The notes under the pieces are model-generated. The model was not told the origin of the DNA. It did no database searches and was given only the letters and a program-made list of their open reading frames with translations. DNA of 64,000 nt from a virus. The stretch lies in IMG/VR virus record IMGVR_UViG_3300035670_000038, positions 32,001 to 96,000 of that record. The stretch is one strand, 5' to 3'. The position numbers were made by a program, and so were the translations under genes. Positions 19,926 through 29,381 of the stretch are shown here, one piece after another. Numbering within the stretch: position 1 is the stretch's first letter; each line of letters begins with the position of its first letter.

Positions 19926-20521
19926 GATTAAAAGAATTTTATTATCAAATGGCAGAAGTAGAAGGTATTGGATTTTCTGATAAAGGTGACCGTCATCCAA
20001 CACACAAACACTTTTATATTGACATTTATGATGGAATGTTTTCTGCATGGAAGGATGAACCTGTTAAGTTGATGGAACTTGGTATAGCTTCTGGTGCAAG
20101 TTTATTAATGTGGTCACAGTTCTTTACAAAGGGACATATCCTTGGTCTTGACATCGTAGAACCTGTTCGTAAAGAGTATTTGGAAAAATTACCAAATGTT
20201 GGAATGATTTTTGGTGATGCATACAACAATGATAATGCTAAATACCTCGTAGAAAACTTACCAAAGCAAGACATTTTTATTGAAGATGGTGCACACGATA
20301 TAGATAATCAAATTACAGCACTACTGAAATATAATACACTCGTTAGACCAGGTGGATATTATATTTGCGAAGATTTATATATTGCAAATCTTGCAAGATA
20401 TCTCACCGAAGGTGTCTATCAAATAAACAATAGAAATTTTACAACCACTATATTTGACCAACATCGTCGTATCAATGGTTTGTATGACGATGTTATGGTT
20501 ATCATTCAATTCTTAAATTAA
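19922..20521 (+). CDS. class I SAM-dependent methyltransferase
   Basis: SDK, ELGIASGASL, GLDI, IEDGAH, PGGYYICED. Confidence 0.8.
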   Translation: MRLKEFYYQMAEVEGIGFSDKGDRHPTHKHFYIDIYDGMFSAWKDEPVKLMELGIASGASLLMWSQFFTKGHILGLDIVEPVRKEYLEKLPNVGMIFGDAYNNDNAKYLVENLPKQDIFIEDGAHDIDNQITALLKYNTLVRPGGYYICEDLYIANLARYLTEGVYQINNRNFTTTIFDQHRRINGLYDDVMVIIQFLN

Positions 20522-20522
20522 T

Positions 20523-21299
20523 ATGAAGATAGCATTGTGTTTATCTGGACAACCACGGGGATTACCTTTATCACTTAAAATGTTAAAGGCAAATCTTGTG
20601 GGTATAGAAAACATGGATATATTCTTACACGCATGGTTTGACCCATCTACAATCGGTCAACCATACGATAGTGCGCAAGCACATCAACAAGGTCGTGTGG
20701 GATTAGTGCATCCACAAACAGAAGAAATGTTATTGGGATTAACCCCAAAAGATTATTTGTTTGAACCACAAAAAGAATTTCCGTTTGCACGAAAGTTTGT
20801 ATCACCACCAGAGGCAAACCAAGAAAGAATGGCAAGTATTTTCTATTCCATCTATACCGCAAATATGTTGAAGAAACGATACGAAATATTGAACGGATTC
20901 GAATACGATTTGGTAATTCGTGCACGATATGATTTGTGGTATGAACAACCTATCGATGTGATGGAATATTGGGAGCAGTCTAGAACACACATTGTTACAG
21001 CTAATAAGTTTCAAGGAATACGAAACGACCCTAATTTTCAGCAGGGTAGTTATACGATGACAGACATCTTTGCATTCTCTACATCAAAAAATATGAACGT
21101 ATTTTGTGATACTTATCCGCACTTCTCGTTTATTCATTCGCAGATTGATATTCCATATGGTGAAAATTATATCGGGTATAGAGTTCGTGTGATGGGTGGA
21201 ATCGAAGCATACTGTGCTCCATTTAATTATGAAATAATGCATCGTGTGGTCAATATAAACAATTTAGAAGAACTGGAAAAACAATATGCCGCGTACTGA
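20523..21299 (+). CDS. putative glycosyltransferase
   Basis: KIALCLSGQPR, DIFLHAW, YDLVIRARYD, D.FAF. Confidence 0.65.
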   Translation: MKIALCLSGQPRGLPLSLKMLKANLVGIENMDIFLHAWFDPSTIGQPYDSAQAHQQGRVGLVHPQTEEMLLGLTPKDYLFEPQKEFPFARKFVSPPEANQERMASIFYSIYTANMLKKRYEILNGFEYDLVIRARYDLWYEQPIDVMEYWEQSRTHIVTANKFQGIRNDPNFQQGSYTMTDIFAFSTSKNMNVFCDTYPHFSFIHSQIDIPYGENYIGYRVRVMGGIEAYCAPFNYEIMHRVVNINNLEELEKQYAAY

Positions 21300-22158
21300 T
21301 TTTACACCAGATAATGTTGAACTCTGGATTTCCAACTGGCGGAGAAAGGAATTGATGGATGGATTCGCACGTCAGTGGTTAAATACATTTGACTTCGAAC
21401 GAGTCAATATTATCACCAATCACTCATCGGTCACTATTGATGACTTCGCAGATGACATCAAACCTCGTGTCAAGATTTGGAACAATGTAATGCGACACGA
21501 CTACGCAATCGGTCCAATGGTTGAGAATTATAATCAGGCATATGTTCATACCTTCCTCGCTGGTAAAAAGTATTGTATAACGGCACATGACAATATGATT
21601 ATCAAGGATGGGTGGGTTGACATTATCAAAGAAACTGATTATGATTTATATATGGCCCCACAAGGTGACCAAGTAACTTTGATGACATTGGAAGGATTAC
21701 GTTTCTTTGGTTGGTGGGATGAACGATATGCAACAAATGGAAACCACGAATTGGATTTCAGTACACGTGCATTACGTAGAGATTTAGGACATAATAGAGC
21801 ATCAATGGTTGATTATCACGCATGGCATAACTGGCCTGATAAGATAGATGTGGAAGGAGAAATTGTAAGTCCAATATGTAGAAATGGACATCCAGAATTC
21901 GGTGATGGGTTTCCATACCTTAGATGGAATGATATAGGACTGGATAAATACTGGACAAGAGCCAGTAAGCATGACGTTCCACAATGTGGACCCAAGACAC
22001 AGAAGTTTGAGAAGTTGACTTGGAACGATAGGAAGTGGAGAGGACAGGCACCAAACACTTTCAAGAATTTCGCAGAAGGACCAGCAGAACCAGAACTTGA
22101 TTGGTATCCGTGGTTAGATATAAATTCACTAGACTTTGACATTTGTAAAATAGTATAA
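21286..22158 (+). CDS. putative GT-A fold glycosyltransferase
   Basis: HDN, GWWDERY...HELDF; located in the glycan island. Confidence 0.55.
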   Translation: MPRTDFTPDNVELWISNWRRKELMDGFARQWLNTFDFERVNIITNHSSVTIDDFADDIKPRVKIWNNVMRHDYAIGPMVENYNQAYVHTFLAGKKYCITAHDNMIIKDGWVDIIKETDYDLYMAPQGDQVTLMTLEGLRFFGWWDERYATNGNHELDFSTRALRRDLGHNRASMVDYHAWHNWPDKIDVEGEIVSPICRNGHPEFGDGFPYLRWNDIGLDKYWTRASKHDVPQCGPKTQKFEKLTWNDRKWRGQAPNTFKNFAEGPAEPELDWYPWLDINSLDFDICKIV

Positions 22159-22170
22159 GGGGAAAATTAA

Positions 22171-22806
22171 ATGTTATCACAAAAGATTCAGGCAGCACTC
22201 GAAGATATTCGTAACGGAAAACCAATCATCGTTGTTGACAGTTATGATAGAGAAAATGAAGGTGACTTGATGATTGCCGCAGAGAAGGCAACTCCACAAA
22301 CCTTGGCGTTTATCGCAAAGGAAGCACGTGGAATTATGTGTATTCCTACACCAAAGTTTATGTTGGACCGTTTGGAAATTCCAATGAGTCCATCAAACAA
22401 CAATGACAAGTTTTCTACTCCATTCACAGTTAGTATTGACGCACGTGATGGTGTCACTACTGGCGTAAGTGTTGAAGATCGTATGGTCACGATTGGATTG
22501 GTGTTGGATGAGAACACCAAACCAGAACAACTTGCGTACCCAGGTCACTTATTTCCACTTCGTCCTCGTCCTGGTTTATTAAAAGAACGTCAAGGTCATA
22601 CGGAAGCATCAGTTCAACTTGCGATGATGGCTGGAACGAAACCAGTGGCAATCATCTGTGAGATTATGAATGACGATGGTAGCATGGCTCGTATTCCAGA
22701 CCTCGAACCATATGCAGAGAAGTGGGGACTTAATATGATTTCTATTGATGAAGTCATCGAATACTGTAATGAAACTGGATGGGAACCACCATTTAATGTT
22801 GGGTAA
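22171..22806 (+). CDS. ribB: 3,4-dihydroxy-2-butanone 4-phosphate synthase
   Basis: DRENEGDL, FTVSID, TGVS..DR, PGHLFPL, GHTEA, CEIMNDDG. Confidence 0.95.
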   Translation: MLSQKIQAALEDIRNGKPIIVVDSYDRENEGDLMIAAEKATPQTLAFIAKEARGIMCIPTPKFMLDRLEIPMSPSNNNDKFSTPFTVSIDARDGVTTGVSVEDRMVTIGLVLDENTKPEQLAYPGHLFPLRPRPGLLKERQGHTEASVQLAMMAGTKPVAIICEIMNDDGSMARIPDLEPYAEKWGLNMISIDEVIEYCNETGWEPPFNVG

Positions 22807-22809
22807 ACA

Positions 22810-23496
22810 ATGCGTGTAGCAGTTGTAACTTCTCCAAGAACAGGTTCTTCGTTTTGTATAAAATTAATATCCGAATTACTAAATCTTGAAAACTATGAAG
22901 AAATTTTAAATGAGCAGTTATATGTTTTTGAAGATGATAGCCACGTTCGTATTAATACCAACATAACAAACGAAAAAATATTGGAGAAATTATTACACAC
23001 AAATGATTATGTTGTAAAAATAATGGCTTCGGAGTTGTTTGAGAGAAATTTTAATGTAAGTGATTTTCCGTGGGATAAGTTTGATTTAATCATACTACTA
23101 GAACGTGACAATATATTCGAGCAAATAACCAGTTGGTATAGTTTAAATTATTGGCAACAACGTGTTACAAATACTACTACCTCCGAATACAACATAAAAG
23201 ATAAATTTCTTAGATATACAATTGAATGCATAAAAAAATATCACATCGTAAAAGATTTGATAATCCAGAATAGAAATAAGTTTGTTGTGATGGAAAAAGA
23301 AAACATAATAAATGATGTATCTGTAATATTCGACACGCAAATCACAGATGATATAATACTTCGTGCAAGAAAAAAATTAGTTCCTGAATGTGATTTGAAC
23401 GATATTGATTACGAAGTAATAATGAGTAATCAAAATATAAAACAAAGAGTATTAAGTATATTGGAGCAAGAATTAAATGGAACGGATAGTAACTAG
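22810..23496 (+). CDS. sulfotransferase-like protein
   Basis: TSPRTGSS 5'-PSB-like loop; LERDNIFEQITSW; paralog of 6899-7675. Confidence 0.55.
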   Translation: MRVAVVTSPRTGSSFCIKLISELLNLENYEEILNEQLYVFEDDSHVRINTNITNEKILEKLLHTNDYVVKIMASELFERNFNVSDFPWDKFDLIILLERDNIFEQITSWYSLNYWQQRVTNTTTSEYNIKDKFLRYTIECIKKYHIVKDLIIQNRNKFVVMEKENIINDVSVIFDTQITDDIILRARKKLVPECDLNDIDYEVIMSNQNIKQRVLSILEQELNGTDSN

Positions 23497-24469
23497 AGCA
23501 TACAATAGATTCGAAATAGATGAAACCAGAGGTGTCATTCGTAAGTTGAGTGCTACCCCCCGGCTTCGTGATGAGATACAATATTATGTTAAGTTAGTTA
23601 ATGCCCATCCACGTGAAGCTACGTTCTTCCCAAGATTGTTTCAATGGTCAGCAGAGGGTGAGAATCATTGGATGGATTTGGAAATGTATGATTATCCCAA
23701 CTTAGGTAAATATCTCCTAGCAGAAGATATACTACCTGAATGGTATTCTGTTTTAGATAAACTAAAAAATATTCTTCTACACTGGTCTACAACGCATCCA
23801 TATTCTGTGTGGACAAAGGAAGAAATTCGTCAGGCAGCATTCGATATGTACATCACCAAAACAGAACGAGAACAAAAAGCATTCTATAACGGATGGAAAG
23901 ATAAACTTGATTGCATATTTCTTGACCAGATAAAAAATCATATAATCTATATTAACAAAAAAGAATATAAACCATTTGAAATTATTTGGTTGCAAGTACG
24001 AAAGTACATAGAAGAAAATATGTTGGAGTTTACACCTTCCCTTATCCACGGTGATTGTTGTTTTAGTAATATTCTATATGGTAAGGATAAGAAAATTATA
24101 CGATTTATAGACCCACGTGGTTCTTTCGGTAAAGATGGTATATACGGAGATATTAGATACGATGTGGCAAAATTGTATCACTCTGTGGATGGAACATATG
24201 AATCATTTATTACAGATAAATTTGAAGTATCAAGTAATGGTAATTTACATGATTTGATTCTAACAGGTCATATGTCAAGAATAGAAACCAGTCATGCGTT
24301 GGAAGCTTTTGAAAATACTTTCTTCCCGCAATTTAATAAGAAAGAAATTAAGATATTGCAAGGATGTATTTTTATTGGAATGTGTGCTCGTCACTATGAT
24401 AGTTTAGAAAGACAACACGCAATGTATCTAACCGGAATCCGTTTACTTAATGAGGCTATGGAACTATGA
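23477..24469 (+). CDS. APH/choline-kinase-like phosphotransferase
   Basis: RAYN, IHGDCCFSNI, FIDPRG.FG, GD..YDVAKL. Confidence 0.8.
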   Translation: MERIVTRAYNRFEIDETRGVIRKLSATPRLRDEIQYYVKLVNAHPREATFFPRLFQWSAEGENHWMDLEMYDYPNLGKYLLAEDILPEWYSVLDKLKNILLHWSTTHPYSVWTKEEIRQAAFDMYITKTEREQKAFYNGWKDKLDCIFLDQIKNHIIYINKKEYKPFEIIWLQVRKYIEENMLEFTPSLIHGDCCFSNILYGKDKKIIRFIDPRGSFGKDGIYGDIRYDVAKLYHSVDGTYESFITDKFEVSSNGNLHDLILTGHMSRIETSHALEAFENTFFPQFNKKEIKILQGCIFIGMCARHYDSLERQHAMYLTGIRLLNEAMEL

Positions 24470-25236
24470 ATATACTAGTATTGATGGCTGGTAGAGGTCA
24501 ACGATTCCGTGATAAAGGATACGATAAGCCAAAACCATTAATCGAAGTTAATGGTAAGACAATTCTTCAATGGACAACCGAATCATGCCCATACATCAGT
24601 CATAATGGTAAGGGACAAGGTGATTATATAAAACTCCACTTTGCAGTTCTCCAAGAGCATTTAGACGAAGGATTGGATAAATTTCTGTATTCCGTTTATG
24701 GTCGTGATATTGAAATTATTCCATTCAAGGAAGTAACCAGAGGTAGTTTAGATACCGCGATGCAAGCAGCATCTCGTATGTGGCATAAAGAATATCCATT
24801 GTTGGTATTAGATTCCGACAACAAATATAATGACAATGGTTTTAAAGATTTTGTTCGTGAAATAGTCTTTAAAAAGAACGCAATGGCAGTGGCATGCTTC
24901 GACAATCCAGACCAATCACTTCCTAATAAGTGGTCAAATGTAGATGTTCGTGAAGGAGTGGCAAAAGGAATTCGTGAAAAAGACGATTCGTGGGTTCATC
25001 ATCCCACAATGATTGGAATATTCTACTTTGGTCAAACTAAGTTCTTTAAGGAATATGCAAAGTTTATTATGGAGTTTCATAAACCAGTAGAGTTTAATGG
25101 GAACGCAGAGTATTATATGAGTATGGTTCCGTCTTATAATATCGGTATAAATACTCCTGTATATGTTCACAAAGTCACCGATGTTGTTCCACTTGGAACA
25201 CCAGAAGATGTTAAAAAGTTTGAGGAATCTATATGA
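24466..25236 (+). CDS. sugar-phosphate nucleotidyltransferase
   Basis: MAGRGQRF, PKPLI, DSD, REK, EYY, LGTPED. Confidence 0.85.
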   Translation: MNILVLMAGRGQRFRDKGYDKPKPLIEVNGKTILQWTTESCPYISHNGKGQGDYIKLHFAVLQEHLDEGLDKFLYSVYGRDIEIIPFKEVTRGSLDTAMQAASRMWHKEYPLLVLDSDNKYNDNGFKDFVREIVFKKNAMAVACFDNPDQSLPNKWSNVDVREGVAKGIREKDDSWVHHPTMIGIFYFGQTKFFKEYAKFIMEFHKPVEFNGNAEYYMSMVPSYNIGINTPVYVHKVTDVVPLGTPEDVKKFEESI

Positions 25237-25613
25237 TTTTTTGTTTTGACATTGATGCAACTATCTGTGAAAATAAAACTGGTGATATGACTTACGCAGA
25301 TGTTAAACCATTCCCAGAAGCATTGGAAACATTACGATGGTTACGAGCAGAAGGACACACCATTATTCTTCATACTGCACGACATATGAAAACTGGTGGT
25401 GGAAATCAAGGAAAGGTATTGAAATTACAAGGTAAAGTATTATTTGATTGGCTAGAAAAGTGGGATGTTCCATATGATGAACTTTGGTGGAGTAAACCAC
25501 ACGCCGATTTAACGATAGATGATGCAGTACATAGACACACAGATTGGGCAACCTCAATCTTAGCAATAAAAGATAGAATACGTAAAGGACCAAGAACCGT
25601 GGAGAATCCATAA
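25233..25613 (+). CDS. HAD-family phosphatase (capsule biosynthesis type)
   Basis: FDIDATIC, HTAR, YDEL...KP..D..IDD. Confidence 0.85.
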   Translation: MIFCFDIDATICENKTGDMTYADVKPFPEALETLRWLRAEGHTIILHTARHMKTGGGNQGKVLKLQGKVLFDWLEKWDVPYDELWWSKPHADLTIDDAVHRHTDWATSILAIKDRIRKGPRTVENP

Positions 25614-26446
25614 TGTCACAACCAACATTCTTTTTTGACACAGCAGACACCGACTATATCCGTAAGATTTGGGACAAGTTGGGTAAGTATATTGACGGTA
25701 GTTCCGTAATCGGAATAACCACCAACCCAAACGCATTGGCAAAGGTCAATTGCGATACACTTGAAAAGTTTGAAACACTTGTACCACAGATGACTTCACT
25801 TGTTGGAGAACTTCGTGGTGAAGGACCACAAGGATTGGTCTATGTACAAGTTCCAAATTCTACAATGAAGGATGAAGATATTCTTCGTTGGGCAACCTAT
25901 GTGAATGAGTTTAATGGAAACGGTGCAGCAATCGCATTAAAACTTCCTCATTTCAGTTATGTCCTTCGTTTATCTGGTGAACCTGAATTACAAAATCTTT
26001 TCCTAAATGTAACTGGTGTATCGGATGCAAATACAATCATTAAGGCGTTGAGTTACCAGAATGTATTCTTCGCAAGTATTATTCCAGGTCGTATGGAAGA
26101 AGTTGGTATTGATGCAAACGCACATCTCAAATATTTGGCTGACCAACAACTCCAACGTCACCAGAACATAATCGCTGGTAGTATGAGAACAATTGAAGGA
26201 TTGAAGAACTCTATCTTCTATCACACGGTTCCGACCATCGGTAGTCGTGTATGGGATTTGATTGATAAGGAAAATCGTTGGGAAGAATTTGCATCCTATT
26301 GGGAAACCACATATGAAGTCTCAGAAGAACCAAGTGCTGACTACACACCATTGGTTACAGATACGAATCTGGATTTAAGTAAGCAATTCTTTGACCAGAT
26401 GGATAAGTTGGGTGAATCACTTCATACGGAGTTTATGTCCAGATGA
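25613..26446 (+). CDS. transaldolase/fructose-6-phosphate aldolase family protein
   Basis: FFDTAD, GITTNP, ALKLP (Schiff-base Lys), NVT, PGR, AGSMR. Confidence 0.75.
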   Translation: MSQPTFFFDTADTDYIRKIWDKLGKYIDGSSVIGITTNPNALAKVNCDTLEKFETLVPQMTSLVGELRGEGPQGLVYVQVPNSTMKDEDILRWATYVNEFNGNGAAIALKLPHFSYVLRLSGEPELQNLFLNVTGVSDANTIIKALSYQNVFFASIIPGRMEEVGIDANAHLKYLADQQLQRHQNIIAGSMRTIEGLKNSIFYHTVPTIGSRVWDLIDKENRWEEFASYWETTYEVSEEPSADYTPLVTDTNLDLSKQFFDQMDKLGESLHTEFMSR

Positions 26447-27162
26447 ACATAATCATCCCAATGGCAGGTGAGGGGACTCGTGTAAAAAGCACAGTTCCCA
26501 AACCACTTGTCGAGGTTATTAGTGGAAAACCAATGATTGAGATGGCATTGGAATCATTAAACATTGATGGACATTATTGTTTTATTGTTCGTCGTTATAA
26601 CAATCAAGATTGGAATGTCGCACTTCGTGAAGCAATCCACAAAACGGTAGGAAATGCGGTGATTGTGGAAATCGACTATCTAACAAAAGGACCAGCGATT
26701 TCTGCATTACATGCACCAAATCTTTTCTTTAATGATGAAGATTTATTGGTTACCAACTGTGACCAGATAATGCATTGGGATGCAGACAAGTTTATCGACT
26801 TCACCAAGACAACAGATGCGGATGGTGCTGTGGTCACATATGAAACACAAACACCAAAGAATAGTTACGCAAGAGTTATATCGGACGAAGAACATCCTGA
26901 ATTTGATATTATAAAAGAAAAGGAAGTTATTAGTAAATATTCATTAAATGGTATTCATTGGTGGAAGCATGGAAAGAACTTTGCAAAATCAGTGGTGAAG
27001 ATGATGGAAAGTAAAGACACAGTAAATGGTGAATACTACGTTGGTCCATCATACAATTATTTAGATGGTACTAAGAGAGTTTACAATATAGATTCATCAG
27101 AACATTTTGCTGTTGGAACTCTGGAAGATATTGAACGATATAGGGTGATTTATGGACGTTAA
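26443..27162 (+). CDS. sugar-phosphate nucleotidyltransferase
   Basis: PMAGEGTR, PKPL, NCDQ, EK..IS, NGEYYV.P.YN, GT.ED. Confidence 0.85.
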   Translation: MNIIIPMAGEGTRVKSTVPKPLVEVISGKPMIEMALESLNIDGHYCFIVRRYNNQDWNVALREAIHKTVGNAVIVEIDYLTKGPAISALHAPNLFFNDEDLLVTNCDQIMHWDADKFIDFTKTTDADGAVVTYETQTPKNSYARVISDEEHPEFDIIKEKEVISKYSLNGIHWWKHGKNFAKSVVKMMESKDTVNGEYYVGPSYNYLDGTKRVYNIDSSEHFAVGTLEDIERYRVIYGR

Positions 27163-27478
27163 ACGTATTGAGAATATGAAGGGTGGATGGTTTATTGGGG
27201 ACTTCGACCCTGCCGTTTTACGAACCCACGACTTTGAAGTAGGGTATAAGTTTCATCCAAAAGGTGAGAAGTGGGACAAACACTATCACAAACGAGCAGT
27301 CGAGATTACATATCTGATTCGTGGCAAGATGCAAATACAGGATAGGATATTGACTTCTGGTGATATATTCACTATACTTCCGTATGAAGTTGCAGACCCA
27401 ATTTTCTTAGAAGATTGTGAAGTAGTAATAGTAAAAAGCCCATCCGTTGTGGGTGACAAATATACTATAGAGGAATAA
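27152..27478 (+). CDS. cupin protein
   Basis: GWFIGDF.P, HYHK...E, VK.PS..GDKY. Confidence 0.75.
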   Translation: MDVKRIENMKGGWFIGDFDPAVLRTHDFEVGYKFHPKGEKWDKHYHKRAVEITYLIRGKMQIQDRILTSGDIFTILPYEVADPIFLEDCEVVIVKSPSVVGDKYTIEE

Positions 27479-27481
27479 GTT

Positions 27482-28711
27482 ATGAGTGTTAATATTTTTA
27501 CACGTGATGTAGATTTATCAAAATATTTTGTTGTCAAGTATTTCTTAGTCGGTAAGACATCACTACGTGATGCTGCATGGAACTTGGCAATTGGACAAAG
27601 TATCGGCAATCCCAACAACAGAAGTGTGTGGGAAACCGACCAGATGTTTCTTGACCACAGTTGTTTCATTCTTGCAGACGAAGGGGAACTAAAATCAAAG
27701 ACTTCTGGTGAAGTTGAGATTGCTTTCCCACTCGCAAACATCAATCTTGAAGAAGATGGTGTGTCTCAAATTCTTTGCCATATCGCCGGTGGTCAAGTAG
27801 ATATTCTCGAAATTGAACAGTGCCACGTATTAGACATCACATTACCAGAAGAAATTGACCAGATGTTTACCCTCAAACCTGCGTATGGTATCACAGGTTT
27901 CCGTGAATTCAATTGGGTAGAAAATAAACCATTCTTCGGTGGTATCATCAAACCCAAGGTTGGTATGAGTCCAAAGGTATTGTTGGAAGCTGTGAAGGAA
28001 ATGGTTGACGGTGGTGTGAACTTTATCAAGGAAGATGAGTTACTTGGTGACCCATCACACTGTTCACTAAAAGAACGAGTTCCACTCATCTCTAACTGGT
28101 TAAGAAAGAATTGTCCAGAGGTAATGTATACCTTCTGTATCAATGGTGATAGTCCTTACGCACTCCAACGAGCACAGTTCGTAGAGGATGAAGGTGGACT
28201 TGGTGTTCACATCAACGTGTGGAGTGGGTTGGGTGTCTATCGTGCAATTCGTAAGCAGAATCCTAGACTCTGGATTCATTTCCAGAAGTCGGGTGATAAG
28301 TTCTTTACTGACAGACGAGCACCAAATCATATCTATTGGCCTGTTATCTGTAAGATTGCAGGATGGTCTGGTGCAGACTCTATTCACGCAGGTATGATTG
28401 GTGGATATATGAACCAAGACGATACTGAATTGAAGGACGCACTAAAGGTATTGTGGAAGTATAATGTTATCCCAGCACTCAGTTGTGGAATGCATCCTGG
28501 ATTAGTTCAACACATCAACACTTTACTTGGTAGTAATGATTGGATGGCAAACGTTGGTGGGGCGATGCACGGACACCCGATGGGAACCAAGGCTGGTGGA
28601 TTGGCAATGCGCCAAGCTATTAGTGGATTCCACGGACCAGAGTATGAAGCTGCAATCAAGAAATGGGGATTCAAAGAAGTAAACCCTGATTTACAATATA
28701 GAATTTTTTAA
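27482..28711 (+). CDS. RuBisCO-like protein (form IV RLP)
   Basis: GGIIKPKVG, FIKEDE (carbamylated-Lys motif), ADSIHAG, PALSCGMHPG, GGAMHGHPMG; lacks the HRA motif of carboxylating forms (HFQKSG). Confidence 0.9.
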   Translation: MSVNIFTRDVDLSKYFVVKYFLVGKTSLRDAAWNLAIGQSIGNPNNRSVWETDQMFLDHSCFILADEGELKSKTSGEVEIAFPLANINLEEDGVSQILCHIAGGQVDILEIEQCHVLDITLPEEIDQMFTLKPAYGITGFREFNWVENKPFFGGIIKPKVGMSPKVLLEAVKEMVDGGVNFIKEDELLGDPSHCSLKERVPLISNWLRKNCPEVMYTFCINGDSPYALQRAQFVEDEGGLGVHINVWSGLGVYRAIRKQNPRLWIHFQKSGDKFFTDRRAPNHIYWPVICKIAGWSGADSIHAGMIGGYMNQDDTELKDALKVLWKYNVIPALSCGMHPGLVQHINTLLGSNDWMANVGGAMHGHPMGTKAGGLAMRQAISGFHGPEYEAAIKKWGFKEVNPDLQYRIF

Positions 28712-28723
28712 TAGGAATATACA

Positions 28724-29380
28724 ATGGTCACCCAAGACATCCTTAATGCAATATCAAGAACCCCAACAGACATCTACGGATTGAAATGGGCACCTTCGGT
28801 AGAACCTACTATTGGTAATGATGTGGATTGGATTAATCCAACTCGTGGAAATTGGTCAATTCATTGGAGTGCAGCTAATGATATAGCACTTCGTGAAGCA
28901 TGGTCACGATGTGAGAGTTCTCCAAAACTTATTGTTGAAATCGGTGTACACCGCCCGGAAAGAAATGACGAAGGACGTTCTTCCACAAGTACGTTACTCA
29001 GTTTAAAGGATGACGATTGTATGTACATTGGTATAGATTTAGCAGACAGAACATTCTTAAACGATATGGGTAAGAATATATTTACCATCCAAGGTGATTC
29101 ATCAAACAAGAATGAAGTGTATAAATTGATGGAATGGTATGGTAAAGAAACTATTGATTTTATGTTTGTAGATGGATGGCATTCGATTAATCAATGCTTA
29201 CGAGATTGGCAATATTGGGAAAGAATTTCAAACACAGGTGTTATGGCGTTCCACGATACAAATTATCATCCAGGACCAGTTGCACTTCTTGACGCTGTAG
29301 ACGAATCGATATTTGATATACAGATATTTAATCGTGATGAAGATGACGCCGGTGTTGCATACGTAAAACGTAGAGGTTAA
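28724..29380 (+). CDS. class I SAM-dependent methyltransferase (Methyltransf_24-like)
   Basis: VEIGV, GID, GDS, FVDGWHS, FHDT. Confidence 0.8.
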   Translation: MVTQDILNAISRTPTDIYGLKWAPSVEPTIGNDVDWINPTRGNWSIHWSAANDIALREAWSRCESSPKLIVEIGVHRPERNDEGRSSTSTLLSLKDDDCMYIGIDLADRTFLNDMGKNIFTIQGDSSNKNEVYKLMEWYGKETIDFMFVDGWHSINQCLRDWQYWERISNTGVMAFHDTNYHPGPVALLDAVDESIFDIQIFNRDEDDAGVAYVKRRG

Positions 29381-29381
29381 T

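Noticed and set aside
27482-28711. Bona fide CO2-fixing RuBisCO
   Set aside because: It is short (409 aa), has KEDE rather than KDDE, lacks the HRA motif and a recognisable loop-6 lysine, and has no prk or small subunit nearby.
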